Shown in pieces: positions 42,001-54,000 of a stretch of 64,000 bases of DNA. Positions within the stretch are counted from its first letter, which is position 1; every line of letters begins with the position of its first letter. The stretch comes from Candidatus Omnitrophota bacterium (GTDB lineage: Bacteria > Omnitrophota > Gorgyraeia > Duberdicusellales > 4484-171): contig JAIPGM010000001.1 of assembly GCA_021735655.1 (NCBI GenBank), forward strand, positions 64,001-128,000. The letters are read 5' to 3'. Below the pieces are notes generated by a model. That model had not been told where the DNA came from and did no database searches. It saw nothing but the letters and a program-made list of their open reading frames with translations. The position numbers and the translations under genes are program-made.

Positions 42001-45000
42001 AGATTAAAACGTAACCAAGCATTACCTTACCCGGCAACTATGCCAATAACTAATAAATTAGATCGTTCGCTTACTGAAAGTGAAAAAGAAAAAGTTATTT
42101 TAGCTTTTGGCGGAAGCGATGCCTTGGCAACTAATGGTATAGAGTTGAATGATCAAAATCTAGTAATGAGTCCGGCTCTTTCAGCTCCAGCTGAAGTAAG
42201 AGGCGGAGTTCTATATATAAATCCTAATACTTTAAGAGGTCCACCAGAACAGCTAAGAGTGATATTTGAAGGCCATGAATTAGCTCATTTTTTAGGAATG
42301 GATGAAATTCAAGCCAGACAATATACCATCGACTATCTTTTAGCGAATGGTTTACTTGAGAGCCACATTGCTTTCTTAGAGAATAATTCTATTGGTCTTG
42401 TAGCTGATCAGGAATGGTTAGAGGCTTTGAGCCAGAAATCAGTTTCTTTGGATAACGGAATTGAGCTTAAAGTTTATAAGTATAGGCCAGGAGTAAAAGT
42501 TGCTGTTGCTCAGATAGATCCGTCAATTTTACAGCCGCATATTTTAGTTTCCAGTGAGTTGGAAGGTAAGTTGCATTCGGTTGATCGTCGCTCTAACTAT
42601 GTATTGTATTATGATCATGAGACTGGCGAGCGTCTAGATAGCTTTCCTGAATCACGCCTAAAAGTATCTACGGTTACTAGTTTAATTGAAAGATTCCAGG
42701 ATCTTCATCCAGATTCACGAATAGAGATTATTACTGGTAACGAAAACCTTTTCTATAACAAGCCGATAGTTACAGTTATAGCCAATAAAGCTTACCATGC
42801 TGTCGGCGTTGACATAGAGAATCGTAATTATCCTATGCTTGTAATTTGGGCTGACGGTGCAGTAACTATCGAGGAAAGTGTTAGTTTCGAGTTTACTGAT
42901 TTTGATCAAAATGAAGTCAGAGTGTTGATTAATGGGAAAGAAGAAGATATACGCTATGCTACGGTTATCCAGTTAGTTTTAAATAAACAAGGTGTTGTTA
43001 ATCCGGGATCCCAGTTATATTTCTTTGATGATATCAAACATTTATTTGCGATGCCACGATTCAGCTCAGATGACTTTCCAGGAACTTTACCCAAGGGTTT
43101 GATGAGCGGAGCCATATTTTTTATGGCTGATCAACTTCTATCTGAAAATGCCCAGCGTGTAATCGACTATTACGATTCACAAAATCCAAAAACTGTTCAG
43201 GATTTTAATTTAACAAGCACCGTTTTTAGCAGAAGTGCCGATGGCCAAGATCGGGTAAGATTAATCAATATACCAGCAGAGTTATTAGAAGCTAGGTTGT
43301 TTGAAGCCGGATACTTACCTGATGACTATTCTATTGATCAAAGAAGAGGTGTAATTACTATAAAGCTTAGAGAAAATGTTTATCCTTTTCATATTATTGG
43401 AGTTACAAGTGATGGATTGGTGAAGGAGATAGTAGTTAATGGTAAATCTGGTAAGGTTGGTGTCACTGTAAGAGAAGCTGCCACTATTGCTCAAAAAGAG
43501 GGATTAATTAAGGCCGGAATAGTGGATCAAGGGATGACCGTTCGTTTAGATGTGGGTGATTTACGTTTTGGTAATGTTATAGTGGATAAACCTGGGCCTG
43601 AGAGGGCTAGTTCTTTAATCGTTTATACCCATATGCCTCTTGATAATGGTAAACAAAATAGACAATCGCCTCCCAGCGATGATAGATTAGGAGGAAGGGC
43701 TAGCCATAACGTGGCTGTGGCTGGTCCTGCTTCTAAGCCTTTGGATAATGGTCGACCAGGAAAGACCGAATGGAGCGATTTAATGAATCGCGTTGATCGG
43801 GTAAATGGCCTTAGGCAAGATGCACGAATAGCCGTAGTGCTTTATATAGTAGGAGTTGATCAAGAAATCGATGCCGGAACAAGAACAGCTCCTTTAACTG
43901 CCGGAGAACTACTGGTTAATGTTAATGGCGTAGGCCAGATAACTTCACGAAGAATTTTCCGAATAGTCGGTGAATTAAATCTTGCCGGAGTTACTTTAAC
44001 TCCGCTTGATAATGGAAGAGATAATCAATCCTCCCTCAGCGTTTCAGGGACCGACTTAAATCAATTATCGGGTGGATCAAGAACGCGGGCCTTAGAAGGC
44101 TTAAGTAGCTTCTACATAAAAACTAATTCAGTACCGGAGGGTATTCAAGAATTGTTTGATAGTCCTTCCGGATTATTAATAACCGTATCTGATTCTGATG
44201 GTGTGGTTGGCTATGCTTGGATTGATGTCCCAGCTGATGAGGATCAAGTACCAGCCAGGGTAGTCGTTAGTTTAAGTGACCGTCAATCTTTGGCAGTAGC
44301 TGAAAAGCTTAACCATGCAGTAATAAAAACCTTTATCGAAAGAAGTATCCTAAGTGGTAGTAAATTCCTCTTATCAACTCCTAGTGGAGAAAACCTTAAC
44401 TTCGCTCAATGGTTAAATCAACAATCACAATTCATCGCTGGTTTAGCCCAAGCCGGAATAGTTGTTGCTGACATTCAAACTAGTTTTTTAATTGAAGAAG
44501 GTAAACTAATGACTGTGACAGTAGCATCAAGACATCAAGATAAAACCAGAGCAAATAGAAAACCTTTAAATAACGGAAAACAAAATAGACAATCGCCTCC
44601 CAGCGATATAGATGGATCCCTGTTAAGGGATCAGGTAAGAGGAAGGGCTAGTCATGACGTGGCCGTGACTGGTCCTGCTTCTAAACCTTTGGATAATGGT
44701 AAGGATGTCGAAAGAGCAGAACATGTATTAGAACAAATAGGGACTGCTTTGGAGGGAGTTAAGGAATTAGTAAGTGCTCATTCTATTATTGTTGGCTTAT
44801 TAGTTGCCACGGTGCTAGTAGCGGTTAGCATTGGTTTATTCTTAGCCATCTGGCGCATATTCTTTTCAGTAAGTTGGTGGTTGCGACGATTGGAGAAGGT
44901 AGAGGCTAAGATGCAGATTCATGAGTTTTTTGTTCGTTTAGATCGGGATAAAGCTATAAAGCTTGTACAAAATATTTTAGCCAACTTCAGGGCAGAGCTT

Positions 45001-48000
45001 AAAAAAATTGATAAAAAAATAAATAAAGTGCACAATCGTAAAGAGCGTCTTCCCGAACTGGTTTCCGAGTCTACTTTTGTAGAGGATTTTGCTTATCAGT
45101 CTGATGTAAATGGGGTTACAATTATCGAAGGCCACATGGAACAAATATTAGTTCCTAATCCTAAACGTGAAGATTTAGATTCCAGGATAAAGGGATTAAG
45201 GGAAAGGGAAGAACTCATAACTAAACAAATATCTAAATTGGAAGGTATGTTGACTTCTTGGGAAGAAGCAGCATTAAGGTTAAGATTAGACCAATTGCAA
45301 AAAGAGTTAACCTCAACCCTAACTACTACTCTTGTATATGACTTAGATAGTGAATTAGTTTGGTGTGGAGACTTCGACTATAAATATGGTCAAGAAATTG
45401 GTGATTGGGTTCACTCAAAAATGAAAAGGGTAGTGAATCCAAGGTATTTGCAGCTTGAACAGGAGATAGCAGAAGTAGCTACTAGGTTGGATCGATTATT
45501 AGATGATAGTGCAAGCAGGGAACAAAGAAGACCCACCCCTCTCGACAACGGCACAGAACCTAGCGTGTCTTCTTATCCTCATCCCAGAGCAATACTTTGG
45601 GATTTAGATGGCACCTTAGTCAATACCATGCCACAGGTGTTAGAGAGTTTCGGAAAGGTAATATATTGGATCAGGACGGCCAGTTCGATTGAACCACAAC
45701 AGTCACAATCCCAAATAGCTCAAGATTATTTCGAGCATAAGCCTTGGAAGGCCTTAACTGATCATTTAGTTGATGTTATAGCTCAAGCTCAACAGGATCA
45801 TGTTTCTCAGGCTCAGCTAGCTCAGGTCGCACAAGAGCTAGGCCAACGCTATCAAGCTCCAGCAATGAATCAGGCTGATGAATTAGTTTTTAGTTTTGCT
45901 AAGATTTACGAGGCGGTATTATTAGATGAGGTTGAACATAATCCGCCAGCCTTATTTCCAGGAGCTTTTGCATTAATACATAACGCTAATCAACAGGGAG
46001 TATTACTTTATATTGCTACGGGTACACCGCAAAGGGTAGCTGAAGCTATAGCTATAAACTTACGCCTTGATAATTATTTTAGACGTATATATGGTGTACC
46101 AGTTGATAGTCCCTATCCTTTTGTTAATGGAAAGGCAGATATTTTAGTACAAATAGAGACTGAGCTAGAAATTTCCAGCAGTCAGATTGCTATTGTCGGT
46201 GATTCGGCAGGTGATGTTGCAGCAGCAAGACATCCGTCTCTACCGGAAGGATCTAAGTTTGTTTCAGTCGGTATTGCCAGCAGCCCTGAGAAACGTCAAG
46301 AGTTAAAAGAGGCTGGGGCTGATTTCATTGTTCCGGATTTAGAGTTTACTGGAGGCCAGATAGTTAAGCTATGGTTTCCGGCGGTTCCAGTTGTTCCAAA
46401 TTTACCGCAACGTAACGATAGTTTACCTTTTCAGTTTGTTTTTATGACGGTAACTAAATCAAGCCAAGCTCAAGATTTACAGGTTGAGCCTATTGAATTA
46501 AGGCCATTTTCAAGTCGGATCATCGGGTCGGTACTTGAAGGTGATTATACCGGAGCTCCGGCAGAACTTTCAGCTCGTCAAGTAGACTTTAACCGGCCGT
46601 TAGCCGATCTTTTTCCGATCGTAAGAGCCGCTATCGAGACTAATGATGCTGCTGAATTCTTTTATCTAGTAGAAGGTATCGTAGCTTCTGAAGTTCTTAA
46701 TCCGGCTGAAAAGCGCGAAGCATTCCTTACAATTTCTGCCTGGAGTAAATTTATGCCTAATACAATCAAGGGCGAAGGTTACTGTTCTTATTCTTTTGAA
46801 TGGTTTGCTAACGCTGCCTTAGAGCATCAGCATAGCAATCAAGGTGATCAAGAGTTAAGAATCGGATCTTTGGGCTCAGGCGATGGTTTAGCGATTTATC
46901 AGAATAGAACCTTAATGAGAATACAAGGAGTAACTCCTAAAATTACCCAGTTTGAAATTGATCCGAGAAGTATAGATCGATCTAAGGTTCTTAACCCCGA
47001 TGATGATTATGTTCAATGCGATCTTTCAAAGCTAGATCCTGAGGTACGTAAAAGATATCAGGGCCAATTTGATGTAATTTACCTTAATAATGTTTTACAT
47101 GAACTTTTTGCCTTCTGCGGTGAAGAAGGCGTCAGAGAAACTTTACGATTGGCTAATGAGTTTTTAAAGCCAAACGGAAGAATAGTCTTTCGAGATGGAT
47201 TGTATCCGCACAACGGAAACACCTATGTTCGGGTTGCGGTATCGGAACAGTATGAAAAAGCCTTCCTTTATTTTATCGCTAATTTTAACTGGCCAATACC
47301 TCTTTTTCTGGGATTTGATGAGGATGAGGTAGTGTTAAGATTCGGAGACTTAGCTAAAATTTTAACCAAAATTAAATTCATACAACAACGAGCCTGGGAT
47401 GATCGTTATCCGGTAGAAGACGAGATGCGGCAAGTTTATCCTTACGCTAGTGTTTATGATTATATGAAATATTTTCATGAAGCTGGATTCGTTAGCGAGT
47501 TTATCAGATTGGGTAATGAGCAGGAAAGCTTACAGCTGTGGAAAGAAGTTTTCCCCTTTAGACAGATGCTTTCACTTGAACAAATTGAAGATGCTGGAAT
47601 CTCACCATTGCAGGAGGCGAGCATTCCGGAAGCGAATTTTACTTCTAAGCCTTTGGATAATGGCAAAGATGTCTCAAGGGCAGAACATATTTTAGGACAA
47701 ATGGATAGATTTCCTCATTCAGCCAGCACTCAAAGCATAGTGTTACATTTTAACCCAGAAGCATTCGCTCAAAGTTTTAGCCCTACAAGCTTTGCTGAGA
47801 GAGTAGCTGAAGTAATTACTTTTAATCCAAAAACTACAGCCGGAAGAGAGTTAGGCCAAACTCTTGATAGAATAGTAAATCAATTCCAGAGTCAAAAATC
47901 AGTATTCGTTCCTTTAATTATTAAATCAGGCCTAGATAGCCCAGAATCATTTGGTTATAAGTCTATAGCAGATTTCTTAAGAAGTAATTTTAATCACAAT

Positions 48001-51000
48001 ACTCCGGCTTTACAGTTTATCGTTATAACTGATAGCGTCAGTGACTATCAAGGATTTCTAGATTCTGGTAGTCAATTCGTTTGGGAATTAGTAGCAGTTA
48101 ATAAATTCGATTTCACGCAGAACACCCCCCTCGACAACGGCTATCAAAACCCGGCTGATTTAGCTGCCCGAGCTCGCGAGCTTGGTTTGGAAAATCTAGC
48201 TTTAAATATTGAACAAAATGTAGTTACTACCCAAAAAGACTTAACCGTAGTAGCTGATATGTTTGCTATCGGCCAAAGCCATATCTTTGTTGGTTGGGAT
48301 CAACCAGGGATACATGATAATCAGAAGCTTCAGGTGTTGGGTCAGATCCGTCGTCGTAGTAAGCAATACCCAGGAAACCTAAAAGCCTTGGCTGATAACT
48401 CAAGAAAACTACTTGAAGGTTATTATGCTGGTAAAGGAAGATTCGATGACTACGAAGTAGGCACTCCAGAGACAACTGAAATATCAAGTCTAGTAACTAA
48501 AGAAGGAGAATTAATCCCACAAGCGGTAGCTGCTTATCTAGCTCTAGAAGCTGAAGGTTTAAGCTTAGCTAATCAGGTAGTTTGGGCTGAACCTGCCGGT
48601 GGTAGAGGTGAACGTCTCAGCAAAGAACAACCAATACCTTATCGAGGCATTAAACCAGCTCTTCTTATTGCTTTAATCAGTCAAAACTCTCAATTTGCCA
48701 GCTTCCAGACTCGTCAGATTATGGGTTGGCAGAGATTAGCCAATCAATCTCAAGGAGGGCAATTAGACCTAATTAATTCAATCATGAGTTCAGAAGATAA
48801 CCATGAAGATCTACGTCGTCTTTATGAACAACATAATTACTTTGGCGCTAAACCCGATTCAGTTAACCTACATCCACAACCATTAGTCTTTGCTGTAAAC
48901 ACCTACGAAGGTCATTTTGCGGTTGAAGACGATGCTTATCCTTATCGTTTAGTTGAAAAAGCTCATGGCCATGGTGATATCCATATGGTTTTTCATCAAC
49001 AAGAGGTTGCTAAACATGCCCTCGATCGGGGAAGAAAATATATCGTCTTCTATCAAGATACTAACTTACCGATATTCAGAGCTCTTCTACCTACTTTAGC
49101 CATAACTGAAAGAGAAGGTTATGTTTTAAGCTTTATTGCTTCACCGCGTCACCCTGGTTCAGCAGTCGGAGCTTTAGCTAAATTAACGCATAAGCAAACT
49201 GGCGATGAAACCGTAATGAACGTTGAATATATGCTTTTAGGTGATATGGATGTAGCCGCCAAAGGTAGTGAATTTACTCCATTCCCGGGTAACTTAAACG
49301 GTCTAGTCTTAGCTCTTGAGCCTTATCATCAAGCTCTTGAAGAAGCTCATGGCTTAGTACCAGAATTAATCAATCCGAAAGACCCTGAGCGTGATCTAGA
49401 AGCTTTAAAAGTAATCACCTTGCCTGATGGCTCAACAGCTCATAAACTTAAATCAGAAGCTCGAGCTGAAAATAATATGCAGGATATTGCTGAGATTATG
49501 GGTGATAAAGGTCCGGTAAGAGTAATCCAATTTGAAGATGGAACCTGGATCTTCTCAGCTGCCAAAAATAGCCAAGAATTAGGTAGGCAAGCTGTAGCTA
49601 AAGGTATTCCTTCTGAGACCATGGCTTCAGCTGAAGCTGACTTCTATCGTAATAATCGAATTGCTCTTGCAGTTGCCGGTTTACAAGTAAATGTTAATGG
49701 CCACCAAACTCAATCTCAAGGCGTACCCTACCAGGACGGAGCCAAGATCTATCTTGATCCGTTTATGTATCCGACTCTGGCCTCAGTAGTCGAAGCCTTC
49801 CGTAACGGTGGTTCACTCAGCGAAGAATCAACTTTGGTCGTTGAAGGTGAGGGACGAGTAAACTTTAACCACCTAGAACTAAACGGAACTTTAACTATCC
49901 ATGCTGGTGAAGGAGTAACTATACTCGTAGACGGGTCTTTTGAGACTGTTGGTACCTGGCGCTTTAGAAATTTAAGCCTTGAGGAACTAAGTAACCCAGC
50001 TATCGGAGATAACGAACTGATCAGAGGTTATCAGTTAATCAGAGATGGTGGCTTAAGATACAATGTAACCGAACCAGGAAGTTATACCTTAACTCAAGAT
50101 GGTTTAACTAAGAATCAAAGTCCTTTGGATAATGGTAAACAAACTTTAGACAATCAACGGACGTTCAGATCTAATAGAGCATGTATAACACCGACAATTA
50201 TCATTGCGGTGGCAGTGGCTTTATCATTTTTAGTTGGAGTAGAAAGATTTTTTACTTACTTTGCAATAGGAATATCCGCCCTAGCTGTGATTTTTAGTCT
50301 TTACTATTCAATTATTGAATTAATTTCTTTTATGAACAATCAGTCTTTTGATAGTAGAAGGCAAGGAGATAGGCAGGATGACCCTAGACGTGAAGAGCTC
50401 AAACGAAGATTAGAACAATCAGATACTGAGAATGATCGAAAAAGACCGTTAGATAACGGTAGAGAGAAGACCATCGTAGATTTATCCGTAAATTTAAAAC
50501 CCGGCCGTTATCATTACCCGGCCTACGCACCAACTGCTGATCAAGACGAACGTGAACCAGACGATGAAGAACGTGGAAGAATTATCGCACTTTTTGGCGG
50601 AAGAAATGTATTTGATCAAGCAGATTTGATTGTAAGAATTGCTCCGAGATTAGAATGGGTTGCTGAGGTTGACATTCTAAGAGAACAACCCAAGAAGTAT
50701 TTATTAATTAATCCTAATGTTATTCGGGGGCCACCGCAGTATGATTCACAACTTAAAATAATTTTTGAGCAGCATGAAGCATATCATTTAGATGGTGATG
50801 ATGAGAATGTCGCTACAAATAAAACTATTGAGTATTTAGTTTCAACTCCAACCGCAGTTAACCAACCAAGATTATTAATTAGCCATCTTCGTTTCCTTGA
50901 AAATAATTCTTTAGGCATAAGGCCGAAGCGAACATGGCGCAATCGCCTCGTTCGACGCATTGATGTGCAAGATTTACCAAGCACAAGACAGAGAACCGAT

Positions 51001-54000
51001 CAAGAAAAAAGATTGATTCAAGAAGTTATTGAACGAAACCAAAAGGCCCGGGAATTTTTGCAACCAGTTGAAATATCAGAAAGCATTGCGGTTGATCCGC
51101 TCTTAGCTGATGCGGTTTTGGCTAACTCACCTGAGGATTATCGCAACGCCATGCCAGCCGAAACTTTTTATTATGAAATGGTTGATATAACTATTTTACT
51201 TGATGAATTAGATGATGATGCCGAAGGAAAAGCCGTGTTTGTTTCTTTTGCTAATCAACATGGCTTGACTTATACCAAGGTTATTACCGTTAATCGGGAG
51301 TCTGCTGGAATTGTTCATAGGGTATCGGGAGTAATTAGCGATTTAGATGCTCATATCGGTGACACTATTCAATATCAGGGAAGTCAGAATGAAACTAAGT
51401 TTGCTCCGGCCGCCGGTAAGGAAATTTTTATTCATTGTGCTTGGGTTGGTTCAAGTTTAAACCCGGAACAAATTCCCCAAAACCAACTTAACGCAGTTAC
51501 GATTCCCGAAGATTTCAAGGCTACTAGTGAACAAAGAAGAGCTAAGCGACGCACTAATCGTCGTTTAGTGGTTAGTGCTCAAGGCAGATTTGACCGACAG
51601 AAGGAAATAGTTGACTTAGCTGAGTTACCGGAAGAGGTCAGGAACTCGATAGTTGAAAAATTAGAAGGCATGTTTACGATTTCTGGGGCAACCGATTCAA
51701 GGCGAATTGTAAGAATTGGCGAAATTGTTAAATATGACAATCAAGATCAGGGATACCCTTTGACTTATAAGGTTAGCTGTGTTGAAGGAGAAATAGCTAT
51801 CTTAACCCAAGCGGTTGAAGCAGTTTTAGCTAATCTAGAGATTGAAGTTGATGGTTTGGGAGGAATTTCCAAAGAAACTATTAGTGGATTAATTTTAGCG
51901 GCCTTAGAATTTGGTGTAGCTGAGGCAAGAGCAACTGAATTTGTGCCGATAGCCGGATTTTTAACTTGGGTTGAACAAATTTTAACTGCAGTTGATGCTT
52001 TAACCAACCAAAAAACTCACTCACGTTTAATTACTAGAATTGCTGAAAATACTGAGACATTACCGAGTACATACCGGGAAGCTGCAGTAGTAGCTTTAAG
52101 CGGTCATGATGATCCAGGCACTCTGTTTAAGAAAGTGCATTCGGCGGCAGTAGCTGTGTCGGGAAAGATTTATCTTAAAGAGGATTCTGAGCTAGCAAGA
52201 AAACAGAGTCTTGAGCCGCAAAACCCGACCGAACAAAGAGTTATAGAAGTCTTTACTAGTAGAATTGATGAATATGAGGCAGCTTTAGCTGATCCAAGCC
52301 TATCTGATGAGATGAAAAGTAAAATTTGTTCATTCCCGTTGGTGCTTTTACAGAGTTTAGGTCACACCTTAGCAATTATGCGTTTCTCTGATCCAGTTGT
52401 ATCGGCTCATGTAGCTGTTTTTAGAGGAACGCAATTTAGTGTAGTCGGCTTTGCTATTGATTCACGGGCTCAAAGGGCAATGTTTAATAAAGCTTTTCAT
52501 GAAGTATCAAAAATTACCACTGCAATAATTAGAGAAATTCAGTTTCCCGAGGCTGATTTAGCTGTTGTGCTTGAAGATGTTCCAGAACATGCACCGTTTA
52601 TCCTTATGTTAAGACATGATTTAAGTGATTTATCGCAATATCGCCAGTTACGTCAGAGCTATCCGAATCTGGTGGCAATTGTAGTTATTGAAACCGGAGT
52701 TTTGCATTATGGTATTGCAGCTCGAGCCGAAGGTTTTCCGGTTTTAGCTGAGGCTCACCTTGTTGTTGATGGACATAAGATCTCAGTTTGGGAAGCCGTG
52801 CCTGAGCGGGAAGCTGATGGTCAAAGAGTAAGAGCAATTGTTGATACTGAGGCCGGGATTCTAACAGTTCGTCCGGATAGCCAGACTGCCAATCAGGCTT
52901 TATCGGAGGAGATGGCCGAGGACGCCGTAGATGCTTATGTATTTTCTCGAAGAAGTAATCCAGTTATCTTAGCCGATGGCAGCACTGTCTTTTCAGTAGC
53001 CGTAATTATGGATTATCTTGAACAACTATCTGATATTGCTCTGGCTTTGGTCCACTTAATTGGTTTAGTTCGGGTTGAGAACTTATATGATGGAATCGGC
53101 AAAGAAGGCATCTCGGGTCAAGGTATTTACTCCGATCAAGAGGAAGAGGCTTGGGTTAATATATATCGTGAGATTGCCACTAAGTCTGGTGTTCGGGTAG
53201 TTCAGGTGAGGTTACCGGATCGAACTTTGATTGATAAAAATCCGCCGGCTTTCCACGGTAATGATTTAGAGAATTTAGCTTTTCTGCTTGAACCGGGTGA
53301 TGGGCGTAATATTGCCACAGTTCATCTAAGAGCCTTGATACGGGTTAACGCTGAAGGAATAGTTGCTAACCAGGGCCAGTCGGGTTCTTATGCTGAGCTT
53401 AGAGCAATGTTTCCAATGGTTACTGATGCGCAAGCTTGGGATCAAGCCATGACCTTAGTTGATGAAGTCAAAGCGGAGTTAGGCGATGATGGTGTTTTAG
53501 CCGAAGGATTCAGCGAAGGGGTAATGTTTGAAACTTCTAGCGCTATTGATCAGGCTGAAACCCTAGCGGCTAATTCAAAATTTGGCAGTGTTGGCAGCAA
53601 TGACTTGATTTCATTTTCATTGGGTAAGACTCGTGGTGGTCAGGACACTACTCAATACCAGCGTGAGTTTAGCTTTATGGTTATGCGTGAGCTTAATCGA
53701 TTAATGGACGCTGTTTCAGCTGATTATCCATTATGTCTTTGTGGTCAGCTAGCCTCGGTTGATGAATTTTTATTATTTGCTGCTTACTCAGCTTCACAGG
53801 GAAGAATAATCGTTCCTAGCGTTGGAGTTGGTCAAGTTGCTTATGTTAAAGAATTTCTCCGACAAGTTGATCCGCAAAGGTTAGCAGCTTTATTTGATGT
53901 ACACTCAGCCGAAGATTTTAATACTCGTACCATAGCTGGCTTAAGAAAAGAAGCAGCGAGGATTAGAGGCCAGATTAGATTAGCTAGCCAGCCATTATTA

